Under the pieces are notes generated by a model. The model searched no databases. It saw nothing but the letters and a program-made list of their open reading frames with translations, and was not told the DNA's origin. From assembly GCA_951406725.2 (NCBI GenBank), contig OX597814.1, positions 113,088,001-113,152,000 of the forward strand: 64,000 nt of DNA, written 5' to 3'. Shown here one piece after another: positions 11,606 to 23,583 of this stretch. This stretch comes from Octopus vulgaris. Lineage: Eukaryota. Numbering within the stretch: the stretch's first letter is position 1; each line of letters begins with the position of its first letter. A program made the translations under genes and the position numbers.

Positions 11606-11949
11606 TACAAAGACACCGAGAGACATAGAATTTGACAATCTCTCTCCGACGCCTACGTATGAGGATCGTGTGACCGTATGAACTATTACTGCGCCAAAAG
11701 CTAAGACTGTGTTAGTCCAGTAAATGTGCCACGTGACAGCACGAGCAACTACACGCGATGTCTGGGTATTAAGGTCACGTGACTGTCCGGACAAATACTT
11801 GCGCCAAAAGCCAAGACTGCATTAATCCTTTGAATGTATCATGCGGCAGTGACAGTTGCAGGCTGCTTGTTAAATATAGAGGAATAGATTGTTGCTTGTT
11901 TGCGAGAAACAGTAAGTCAGATATATGTGTATGCGGTTGTCTATGTGCT

Positions 11950-12795
11950 TGTGTGTGAAAGTGTAAACTAAAATGGTATTGTGTTTCGTTAGTTTAATGC
12001 CTTAGTTGTTATTAAATTGTTAGTAAGTGTACCTTTTCGATATGTTATTATAACTTATTCAGTAGTCGTTTGTATTTTCAATAAACATATTTTCTTTTTT
12101 AAAACTGTGTTTGATGTGTAGTTTTGTCAGAAGAACGATAAAGAACGAAGACTTGGAATTTTGGGTATTTGTTGCAAAATGGTTTAACTGCTCCTTTAGT
12201 AGATGTCTAACAATGGAATCTGGCATTTGTTGGCGATAAATTGACAAGCTATTTCTCAAGTTAAGTTTCCTTTGTCCTATGCAATCTTCGTTACATGCCG
12301 TACATCCAATAGCGTAAGTGAATACTTTTGACCAACAGGTGAAATAATTTTTTTATTGAAAATATTTCCTGATTTAAATTTATCCGATGCATCTCCAAAA
12401 GCGTTAACGCAAGTTTCACAATCAGAGAGCGACGACATTTTTTGAATATTTGTCTCATGTTCTTAGTTGAAATTTGTCATTGGTTCGTAATTTTTAAAGG
12501 ATTTTGTGAATTATGAGTGTTTTTTTTACATTACTGGGTTTAGCTTTAATAATGGAATATTTTGATGGATAATGTATATTTCTATATTCCGGTAGTTGTG
12601 TGTTGTAGCATACGGTAAAGTACTGGGCGTATCTGAAGCGTCTTTTTTGTTGTGGATTTGGAAGAATCAACAGAAATGTCTGGTTTTGCATACAATGCTT
12701 TAACAAACAATTACTTGCTTGTTAGAACTTTCTTAACAACCTATAGGTGAATAAAAGTGCTAAGTGTCTTCGTTGTTTTTCAATATTAGTAATTG
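11950..12795 (-). pseudogene. Heavily decayed Penelope-like GIY-YIG region; the element probably continues at about 14812-16160
   Basis: The minus strand near 12330-12220 reads TYAIGCTACNEDCIGQRKLNLRNSLSIYRQQM, matching the IYxIxCxxCxxxYIGQTxxxLRxRxxxHRQQI pattern of Penelope GIY-YIG domains. Confidence 0.6.
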
Positions 12796-12796
12796 C

Positions 12797-13070
12797 TAAG
12801 GCGGCGAGATGGCAGAATCGTTAGCATGCTGGGAAAAATGCTTAGCGGTATTTTGACTGTCTCTACGTTCCTAGTTCAAATTCCGCCGAGGAATGCTTAG
12901 CAGCATTTTGTGTCTTTACAGTCCGAGTTCAAATTCTGCTAAGGTTGACTTTGCCTTTCATCTTTTCGGGTTGATAAATTAAGTACCAGTTGCATACTGG
13001 GGGTAGATCTAGTCGACTGGTCCTCTCCCCCAAAATTTCTGGCCTTGTGCCTAGAGTAGAAAATATTACA
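12797..13070 (+). mobile_element. SINE family B with an (ATT)n tail
   Basis: AAGGCGGCGAGATGGCAGAATCGTTAGC...GAGTTCAAATT...GGCCTTGTGCCTAGAGTAGAAA. Confidence 0.85.
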
Positions 13071-13115
<45 letters not shown>

Positions 13116-13134
13116 GTTATTATTATTATTATTT

Positions 13135-14442
13135 ATGGGATTTTCTTCTTTCAAATTTGTTTCCATTTCTTGCCGAGTGTCTTCCCGACTCCTAGGGCAA
13201 AGAAACTCATAGTATACATTGGTAGGCCATTAAACTAAACTCACTAGTTCGTTCATTTTTTTTTATAGAAATAAAGTTAAATTAAAATACATGGGTAGTA
13301 ATAGTTCTCACATCGACAATGCTCTTCTCAATACGAGTGATGTACCAGTTAAGACAATCTTTTGCACTTCTTGCAGGGATGGTAAGCCAGGGATCATTCC
13401 TAGTGCTCCTACAATCACTGGTATTGTAACCGCCTTGAGATGCCACATTTTCTCAATTTCAATGAGTAGGTCTTTATATTTTCTGAGCTTGTCAAATTCT
13501 TTCGCCGAGATATTATGATCACAGTGGATGCTCATGTCGATCAATAAGCAAACTTTATTGTTTTGGTCTTTCACAACAATATCAGATTTATTGGCTTTGA
13601 TGGTTCGGTCTGTATGTACTGGGAAGTCCCACAGAATCGTTACATTTTCTCCTTCAGTTACAGCTTCAGGGTGGTGATTATACCACTTGTCGTCAGTTTT
13701 GATATTGTAATGCCGACTTATTAGCCAGTGTAGATATTGGCCAACACTGTCATGTCTTAATTTATACTCCACTGGTGCTAAGACTTTACATCCAGAGATT
13801 AGGTGGTCCACTGTTTCAATCATGTCGTTGCAGAATCGGCATTTTGGGTCTGCTCCATTTTTCATCATATTGGCCTGGTAGTTCCGGGTTAATAGGCTTT
13901 GATCTTGAGCAGCCAGGATGAAACCTTCGCTCTCTGCTTTTAGCCCTGAGCTCCGTAGCCACTGATGGGTTTGCTTCTGGTCAACATCAGCTTGTTTGCT
14001 ACGGGCCACATATTTGCCGTGCAGAGGTTTCTCCTCCCACCTATCAGCCAATTGCTCGTGCGCTTATTTCGTTGCCATTATTTTCACCTTCTTTGCAACA
14101 ATAGTTGCCGTACTTCCTTCGGGTTGTTCAGTTTGGGTATCCTGCACGAGATCAATAGCAAATTTTTTGCTTTCCTTTATGATAGAATGAAGCTTCTTTC
14201 GTCTCTCGTGATTTTCCACGAGCTTTAGCATCCAGTCATTCGTTATTTCAAGATATTTGCCCAGTCCAATTGTGGTTGTTTTGTAAGCTAGTTCAAATTG
14301 GATCAGGCCTCGACCTCCTTGGGCTCTGGGGAGGTAAAGGCGATCTACGTCTGCCTTTGGGTGGTGCATCCTATTACAACTCAGCAGCTTGCGTATTTTC
14401 CTATCTATTTTCTTTACTTCACTCATATTCCAGCTCAACACA
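13135..14442 (-). mobile_element. 5'-truncated Dong/R4-clade non-LTR retrotransposon (restriction-like endonuclease) inserted in (TAA)n
   Basis: ORFs 14064-14441 and 13308-14051 (one frameshift) contain RLYLPRAQGGRGL, W..KPLHGKY, AAQDQSLLT, the CCHC knuckle CRFC..ETVDHLISGC, RHD, and the RLE core WDF..TD..IKANKSDIVV..LIDMS..K..KY. The element is flanked by TAA microsatellite, the known Dong target. Confidence 0.92.
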
Positions 14443-14443
14443 T

Positions 14444-14490
<47 letters not shown>

Positions 14491-14516
14491 TAATAATAAT
14501 AATATCCTGGAATTAA

Positions 14517-14579
<63 letters not shown>

Positions 14580-14582
<3 letters not shown>

Positions 14583-14800
14583 GGTAGCGAGCTGGCAGAA
14601 ATGTTAGCATGCCAGGCAAAATGCTTAGAAGCATTTCTTCTGTCTCTACGTTCTGAGTTCAAATTCCACCAAGGTCAACTTTGCCTTTTATCCTTTCTGG
14701 AGAGTCGATAAAATAAATACCAGTTGACTACTGGAGCCGATGTAATCGATTTACCATCTCTCCTGAAATTGCCGGCCTTGAGTCACAATTGGAAACCATT
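14580..14800 (+). mobile_element. SINE family B
   Basis: AAGGTAGCGAGCTGGCAGAAATGTTAGC...GTTCTGAGTTCAAATTCC. Confidence 0.85.
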
Positions 14801-15052
14801 ATTAGTAATTGATTATCTTCTCAAAATGGATGGCGTCTTGTAACAGGAATAACTTGGAGTTTTTTTCACAGATTTCAGTATTTATAATGGTTACAGCTTT
14901 TCTGTTGTTTGTTTATTTATTTACCATGCCATCGTTGTTTGTGAGTTCATGAATAATTTCCCATTCCTTTCGACTGGTGTTGGATTTGGATTTCGGATGT
15001 AGTTGCTCATTATATAAGAATTTAGGTATAAAGTCATAATATTTCTCTAACC

Positions 15053-15297
15053 CTGGGGTCCCCAACCGGTCCTCATATGACCCTTGGGGATCCATATAAA
15101 ATTTTATTAAAATTTATGTGCATTAAATTGGTTACATCTCTGCTTTACATAAAATATTTTAACAATTTTGTTAAATACAATTCTTAATATTTAATAATAA
15201 AAATAGGATTATTTAAACATCGAATGGCTATGAGTATCCACCCGAGTAAAGTACGAATCACTAGGGTACATTGGTAAAAAATGGTTGAGAACCACTG
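15053..15297. mobile_element. hAT (Charlie-type) MITE
   Basis: Ends are CTGGGGTCCCCAACC ... GGTTGAGAACCACTG. The imperfect 8-bp TSD is CTCTAACC / CTCTAATG. Confidence 0.75.
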
Positions 15298-16939
15298 CTC
15301 TAATGCTTTATCCCTATATTTTGTTGGGTTGTCACCGTTTTTATTTCGTATTATTGATTCGTTATTGATTTCCTTGTCAAATACTTCTGTTGAACGTAAT
15401 ATCTGCCAGGACTGAAGATCGTAATACACACAAAACAAGATGAAATTCCTGAAGAAACCTTACTCACAAACGGTAAACAAATAGCAAATTATCAGCTCTG
15501 GATTATGGCTGGTTCTGTCAGGCATTGTTTTCAGGTTATAATCCTTGTTTCTTTGTGTCTTTCTGTTCTGTCTGTTGAAATCTTCGATTCTTGGAGATAT
15601 TCTGTGTCGAGGAAGAGAGGGTTAGGATTCTTCTAGTGGGTTTGCCAAGTTGTCTAAATATCCTGGGATTAATTTTATTATTTTCATGTGTTTCGCAAAT
15701 ATAAGACTTTCAGCTATTTGCTTTTCTTGTTTGAGGGTATATTTTAACTATATTTTAACTTGTATATTTTATCTTCTTTGAAGAATTTCCTGTTGCTTTG
15801 TGTATGTCACAGTCTTCGGTGATTCTTCAAGTGGGGAATATTACGTTGTTTAAATATTCTGGAATTAATAGCATTATTTCGTGTCTTTGACGATTACGAA
15901 TTTGATCTTTACTCTTTTTGGTGGCTGTTTTACTGTTTGCAAGTAAGATTTGTTGATTTTTAAACTTTTTCAAGAATGTATTATCAGCACAATAATTTCG
16001 TTTTAAACCAATGGGTATTTTTTCTATGAGATGCTAATTTTTTCCTTCTCACAGTTTTTGTTTCAAAGTTTAAGAGTATTTTCATATGTTTTGAGAAATA
16101 TGAGAAATATATTATATATATGCGACCTTTTGAACAAAAGGAATATAATTTTTCTTCTAAGTTATTAGAATAGAAATCGTATTGAGAATTTACTGTGAAA
16201 TGCGGACTTAACTCAGATACTCATCTGAGAAATGTATCTGTACTTGACCGTTGATGATAAGTGTTCAGACACACAAACACAGAAATATAATTTACAATAT
16301 TTAATAATAATATTTAGAGTATTAGATATATAATATATTGAATAAAAATATTAAAATTACTAAGTCTCTCTAAAAGAGATTACGGCAGCGTTACTGGAAA
16401 TTAATTGTTATCGCCATAAGCTTTTAGTCTTATATCTATAAGACTGCCATATTAATATGGCGATAACTATTAATATTGAATAAAATATATAGAGTAAAAA
16501 GAGATCGATAGATGGTCTGATATGTAGATAGGAAGGTAGGTTGGTTTATAGATCGATTATCAGAACATTAGATTCATAGATAGATAGGACAGATAGAGAC
16601 AGTCTAACTGATAGATAGACAGATATATGATAGATAAATAGATAGATAGATGGTTCAGTGGTTGGGCGGACAATTAGACAAATAAATCCATAGATAAATT
16701 GAGAGGTAAACGGTTGATGCACATGTAGGTAGATAACTAGATAGGTTGATAGTCAGATATATAGGTATACATATGGATGGGTGGTTAGATGTGTGTGTGT
16801 GTGTGTGTGTGTATGTGCATGTATATGTATGTGTGTGTGTGTGTGTGTGGTAGTATCTGGGTGCGTGTGTGTTTGTGTTTATGTGAGAGGTGAATAAGTT
16901 GGAGAACACGAATACTTGGTAGACACTCGATTTTGTTGT

Positions 16940-17256
16940 GTGATTTTTCTTATGGAAATATGTAAAAGATCGCGTTTATGTTCCACCGCTACCCACTAAC
17001 CTCGATGACCTTAAACATCGAATAACACCAGCGATCAACTCAATGGATCGTGATTTGCTGATACGTGTCTGAGAGGAATTCTCTTATCGTATTGATGTTG
17101 CCTGTGCTGCAGGTGGTGGCCACATTGAACACTTATAAGACAGGAAATAAAAGTTGATTGTGAGTAAATACTTGTGATTTAGCTGGAGTTTTCTATTGCT
17201 TTTCCTTATTATAATATTGCGTAATGAAATCGGTTCATTCATTTTGAATAACCCTG
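16940..17256 (+). mobile_element. Tc1/mariner-superfamily transposase 3' fragment with right TIR
   Basis: Reads DFFLWKYVKDRVYVPPLPTNLDDLKHRITPAINS...GGGHIEHL* with one internal stop. Ends TTTGAATAACCCTG followed by TA. Confidence 0.85.
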
Positions 17257-17544
17257 TATATCTATTGTTGTTGATTAGTAAAATCAGCATATTAATTCAT
17301 AAGTGTTGTGTACGAAGACATAGTTTCCTCGTGAAGGGATATTTGTCATAAATTTTAACCCCTTAATAAAGAAGCATATGATCAGCAACAAGATGTGTCG
17401 TGAATTAGTTTCGTATGAATTAATATATTTCCTTATCTTTCACATAGAGAAAAATTTATGTTTTTATCCATTTGTAGATTTTTCCTTGACTATCGTCAGT
17501 TATTCATTTTGAAAACTACTCAGTTATCAATGCTTCGAATTATT

Positions 17545-17750
17545 AAAGCGGCGAGCTGGCAGAGTCGTTAGCATGCCGGAAAAGTGCTTAGCGGCATTTA
17601 GTACGGCTTTACATTCTGAGTTAATATGACGCCGAAGTCGACTTTGCTTTTCGGAGTCAATAAAGTAAGTACCAGTCATGTACTGGAGTTGATGTAATCG
17701 ACTTACCCCCTCTACTGAATTTGCTGGCCTCATGCCAAAATTTGAAATCA
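17545..17750 (+). mobile_element. SINE family B
   Basis: GCGGCGAGCTGGCAGAGTCGTTAGC...AAGTACCAG. Confidence 0.8.
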
Positions 17751-18539
17751 ACTCTTAGAATATGATATACACATACATATAGGTTTTTTAAACATTGCCC
17801 GTCTACAATAGATGTTATCTCTGGACGAATACTGCAGTAAATTTGTCTTTAAACGATGTATTTACATTAAGTACGATGCATAGATGACTTCTGTTTTAGT
17901 GAAGCTTCGAAGCTGCTCAAATCTTAACTACAAGTTATTGGGCACGTTGACGTTGTTTGGCTCGGGTTTTTAAGTGAAAACTATGTCTTGCCAAGTCTAA
18001 GTTATTTCTCAGCGGTTCAATCTGGAAGAAGGAATGTACCCATAACCTGTGAAGGCCCACTGTGGCCAGTGAGACGGACATAGTTGATGTTCGTGAACAG
18101 CTGCTAGTAGACGGCTGCTGTAAAAATATGGATTGTGGGGTGCGATTTCAGGGGAAAATCTTGGGGGCCGTTGTACCCAACATGGTTGATGAGAAGACAG
18201 ATGAATGAATTGGAAGGACCCGGGTGGAGATATGCTGGTTCTGAGAGGTAGAGGTAATTCTAGTAAGGGTAGAATAGGCAGAGAGAAGATCCAGAATGTC
18301 TGTGTGTGTGTGGGGCCATTTGGGAGATTCGTTCTGAGAAGCTTTTACGAGTAACATCATCCCAAAAGTGGGAAGAGTACACTGTTGTGTGTCTGATCCA
18401 AGCTTTCCAGCTGAAGAGGTAAAAATGTATCGTGACCCTGAAGAGGAAGATTTGTTTGTTTTTTGGTTGGGAATTGTGGAGTATTATTTAACTATTACTT
18501 TCTCGATGTCCTCTCCTCCTTTTCTCACAACTTAATGTT

Positions 18540-18589
<50 letters not shown>

Positions 18590-19730
18590 AAGGGTCTGCG
18601 AAATTTGAAGTAGCATAGAACCGAATCAACCTATTTTAAATAATACATAATAATACATGTAACTCATACTAAATGTATTGAGTGCCCTTTTCTTTCGTTT
18701 GTCCACTCACTCGTATCTATATTACATTAAAAATGAACTTCAATGTTGCTTGCTTGCAATGTTACACAGCCGAATTGGTGCATTATGGGGAAATACTATG
18801 AATTAAGGTACCCTTGAAATGTGAATACCAACGGAATAAAGCAAGGTTCAAGTAAATCGGATAACTGGTTCTTGATATATTGGCGGTTTTGGGGATATAA
18901 GTACTCAAGATGGTGCATAATGGGAAATACCCCGAAAATAACTTAATCCCGAAAGGGAAGAAACTTTAACCTTTCGATTAGACACATTATGATGATAAAC
19001 ACAATATTTATTCATTTAGAAATATTTTTAAGTGAATGAGATTTGAAAAATGTAAGTTGTTTTATTTTTCTTTAAACAGGCAATATTTTAATTTAAAAAA
19101 AAATTATTTTCAAGGGAATAGAGTTACAATTTTTTTTGGCATATTTAAAGGATATTTTTAAGTGAAAATGACTTTAAAAATACCGTAATATTTTGTAAAA
19201 GAACCGTTCGTAACCTCGGTGTGAAATAAATTTTTCCATGGGGATTTTTCGAGTGCATTCAACATATCTCACCGCCAAAGATTTGGCTGCGTTTTCTAGT
19301 ACTACCTGCTACCACGTAACAGCTATTTGTGATAAAGGACCTGAAATAGCTGTTACGTGGCAGGGCGTGTAAGAAATAACAGCTAAATCTTTCCTTTTCT
19401 GGGGAAAAGAGCCGTTTACGCGTGATTTCGATGTCACATTCGTTGAAAGTATACGAAATAACATGGAAAAGAAAAAAACCTACGAAATAAAATTCCGTTG
19501 GTAGGAAACTCAGAGTTTTCCGGGAAACTCCAAAGTCTCCAACCCCCTTTCTTTTCCGGAAGAAAGTGACTTGCTGTGAGTTTGGAGGCATGGCCGTGAG
19601 GTTAAGGAGCAAGCTTTGCAACCAGGCAGTTTTGGATCAAGTTTCACTCTTTGCGGCACATTGAGCAAGTGTTTTGTGCCTTATGAGTGGACTTGGTGGG
19701 CAGAATCTATGTAGAAATTCCATTCGCCGC

Positions 19731-19972
<242 letters not shown>

Positions 19973-19974
19973 GG

Positions 19975-20955
19975 CAAATCGAAAATTAAAAATAACAAAA
20001 CAACGAAAGTCAAAAGAACGTAAACATGGAGGGTATTAGGTTGATGCTCAGTATAAGATGAAAAAAACCCCAACAAAATACAAAGAGTGGGTTTATAACG
20101 TTTCGTGCAAGGTTCTTCGTCAGAAAGAGCACAGAGGAAAAGTCCGGAGAGAAGGAAAAAGTCCAAGAAAAGCACGTGTATAGTTACATAGCTGAAAGTG
20201 ACCGGAAGTGGAGAGATATAGAGAAAGTGGTTTTTTTTAGGCAGGAGAGTGCAAAAATGGTCAATGTGTGTATGTGCGTGTGTGTATGTGGTAGTATCTG
20301 GGTGCGTGTGTGTTTGTGTTTATGTGAGTGGTGAATGCATAAGGTGGAGAACACGTCTACTTGGTAGACACTCCATTTTATTTTGTGGTTCAGATGTTTG
20401 TTCTTAAAGACCCTTTTCGCGAGTCCACCAAACGCGGTGTGAGCCGCTCTTAATCGGTTCCCCACGTCCTCTTCCGATGTGCACTTCTTTGAAAGCAAAC
20501 TTTCTAAATATGAAAAGTGGTTTACTTTCTCCTGTGGCGTCTCCGAGATGGTAATGTTGAGGCTTGGAGTTTCCTGTCTTAGAACGGGTTGTGCTAGGAT
20601 TTTTGTCGTTTTTAAGTTGACTTTTAGGCCAAACCGGGTATAAGCATTGGTAAATCCCTTCTGAACTTTGCAACAAACGCTTCCATGCAAGAATTGGCCT
20701 CATTAGTCATCAGAGGTATAAACATGGACAGAGGGGGAAGAAGTGGTCAAGAAGAAGTCAAATAAATTATCGGACACACGATAAAGCACCGTCGTAATGC
20801 TGTTCAATGTGGAGTCTAGTAGTGGTGGATCTATGGTGCAAGGCCAGGCCGAAGACAGTGAGGTGTGCGGTGGAATGACCAGCAGAGCAAAAATGACGGG
20901 CGACGAGGGTAGTTTTTCGCAGGCGGATATCCCGTACATGTTCAGCAAATCGGCT
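19975..20955 (-). mobile_element. Penelope-like 3' region (GIY-YIG tail plus pLTR) interrupted by an RTE fragment
   Basis: 20955-20830 reads RFAEHVRDIRLRKTTLVARHFCSAGHS, the GIY-YIG C-terminal part. 20095-20130 carries CTGACGA..GAAACGTT on the minus strand. The element abuts a (TA)n tract. Confidence 0.7.
20340..20815 (-). pseudogene. RTE-clade LINE reverse transcriptase C-terminal fragment
   Basis: FTNAYTRFGLKVNLKTTKIL...VNHFSYLESLLS...DVGNRLRAAHTAFGGLAKRVF...KWSVY, typical of the RTE RT thumb region. Confidence 0.85.
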
Positions 20956-21093
20956 TTCCAACCACATGGTTCCGGGTTCAGTCCCACTGCATGGAACCTC
21001 GAGAAAGTGTCTTCTACTATCGTTTCGGACCGACGAAAGCCTTGTGAGTGGATTCGGTAGACGGAAACTGAAAGAAGCTCGTAGTATATATAT

Positions 21094-21155
<62 letters not shown>

Positions 21156-21392
21156 TGTGTGTGTGTATTTGTGTGGGAGCGTGTATCTTTGTGTTTACGT
21201 TTGTTCCCCCACCCACCAGCATCGCTTGGTAACCGATGTTGGTGTGTTTATGTCCCCTTAACTTAGCGGTTCGGCAAAAGATACCGATAGAATACGTACT
21301 AGGCTGAAAAAATGTCCTGGGGTTTATTTGTTCGACTAAAACCCTGGGTTCTCCAGCATGGTCGCAGTCAAATGACTGACAAGTAAAAGAGT
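20952..21392 (+). mobile_element. SINE family A
   Basis: CCAACCACATGGTTCCGGGTTCAGTCCCAC...GACGGAAACTGAAAGAAG...CAGCATGGTCGCAGTCAAATGACTGA. Confidence 0.85.
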
Positions 21393-21409
21393 TTGTATGT
21401 ATCTGTCTG

Positions 21410-21410
21410 A

Positions 21411-21505
<95 letters not shown>

Positions 21506-21601
21506 CCTATCTATCTATCTATCTATCTATATACATACATATATATTTAGCTATCTATTTATCTCTTTCTCAGTCTAAATATCTATCTATATGTCTGTCT
21601 A

Positions 21602-21679
<78 letters not shown>

Positions 21680-21680
21680 A
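21410..21680. repeat. (TATC)n microsatellite (similar arrays at 44940-45530 and 63320-63460)
   Basis: Direct reading. Confidence 0.98.
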
Positions 21681-22029
21681 ATCAGATTGTATTGTACGTA
21701 TGTTTGTGTTTGTCCCCTCACAGCTTCACAACCGATAGAATAAATACCCCACCTCCCCCCAAAATTAGTACTGGGTTTCACTTGTACGTTTGAAGCCCTT
21801 CAAGACGGTGCCCCAGCACGGTCGGAGTCTAGCCGCTAAAACCAGTAAAAGATAAACGATTAATCAAAAGGCGGCAAACGTGATCAACGTTATCGATAAA
21901 ATAAAGACTCAAAAACGCCAGTCAGGTACAAGAGTGGAGGTCATCGACTGGCTGCCTTCCTTCAAAATTACTCCCCTTGCGCCATAAAAAATATTTATTC
22001 GCTAAATATAATAATAATAATAATAATAA

Positions 22030-22239
22030 TAATTTCAAATTTTGGCTCAATGCTTGCAGTTTCGGGAGAGGGGCTAAGTCGATTACATCGACCGAGTGTT
22101 CGATTGGTACTTAATTTATCGACCCTGAAAGGATGAAAGGCAAAACCGACCGTAACGGCAGACGAAATGCCGGTAAGCATTTCACCCGACATGCTAACGA
22201 TTCGGCCAGCTCGCCGCTTTACGATTCTGCCAGCTCGCC

Positions 22240-22287
<48 letters not shown>

Positions 22288-22860
22288 CATAAACCTTCCT
22301 ACTAAAAGCACAAAGCTAGAAATTTGGTGGGAAGGGGCTAGTAGATTATATCGACCCCAGTGCGTAACTGGTACTTAATTTATCGACCCCGAAAGGATGA
22401 AAGGCAAATACCTGTTTCTTTACTACCCACAAGGGGCTAAACACAGAGAGGACAAACAAAGACAGATAAACGGATTAAGTCGATTATATCGACCCCAGTG
22501 CGTAACTGGTACTTATTTAATCGACCCCGAAAGGATGAAAGGCAAAGTCGACCTCGGCGGAATTCGAACTCAGAATGTAGCGGTAGACGAAATACGGCTA
22601 CGCATTTCGCCCTGCGTGTTAACGATTCTGCCAGCTCGCCGCCTTGCCACTAAATATAATATTCCTTTCTACTAAAGGCACAAGGCCCGAAATTTGGGAG
22701 AGGGGACCAGTCGATTACATCGACCCCAGTGCTTCACTTGTATTTAATTTATCGACCCTGAAAGAATGAAAGGCAGAGTCGACCTCGGCGGAATTTGAAC
22801 TCAGAACGTAACGGCAGACGAAATACCTCTAAGCATTTCGCTCTGTCAGCTCACTGCCTT
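22030..22860 (-). mobile_element. Tandem cluster of SINE family B units
   Basis: About four repeats of GTCGATTA.ATCGACCCCAGTG..ACTGGTACTTA..TTATCGACCC.GAAAGGATGAAAGGCA. Confidence 0.85.
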
Positions 22861-23170
22861 GTCACTAAATATAATAATGAAAGGTAATTTAATGATGCAG
22901 ACCCTTATCTGACTCCCTCCTTCTATGCCTTCACCTCGCATCATCTCATTGATTACATTTCACTGAATCTGAACATTTTCCAGTTAGGCATTTGTTCATT
23001 GTATGTTCTGCATCGACATAATTTCATTGAATTAAGCTTTAAATCAGATTATCTCTTGACTGTGGATTATATATTAAAGTACCATTTTATATATATTTGT
23101 TCTATTTGTTTATTATTTGCTTTAACAACAGATGATTACCGCCCGTTTTTTTTATATTATCCTGCTGTAT

Positions 23171-23194
23171 TGTTTTTTTTTTCTTTTTTTCCAG
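23171..23194 (+). promoter_or_regulatory. Probable splice acceptor opening the coding exon (5' UTR about 23195-23583)
   Basis: Long polypyrimidine tract TGTTTTTTTTTTCTTTTTTTCCAG ending at AG 23193-23194, 389 nt upstream of the ATG. Confidence 0.6.
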
Positions 23195-23583
23195 TTTACT
23201 TGTACAGTGATCTTTTGTCTCTCAGTGACATCTAACCCTAACATGTCTGAAAAGGAAGAGCTGAAAGATCAGTGGGGATATTCCACGTGAAAACCTTATT
23301 CCCTAACGAAAAAAAAAAAAAGGAAAATCAAAGGAACAGAAAAAAAGAAAACTAAAAAAGATTGTTCATCTTTGGTTACACAAGGATTATATATATATAT
23401 ATATATTTATATATATGAGAAACAACGATAAGAAAACATTCAAAGTGGAGTTGAATCACGATTTCATATAATTTGTAAAAGAAAATAATTCCTAGTGAGA
23501 AACCATTAATTTAAAAGAAAGTGAAAAAAAAAAAGAAAAAAAAAAAGAAAATAGCGATTGCTTATTGAAAGAAAAATACGAAA

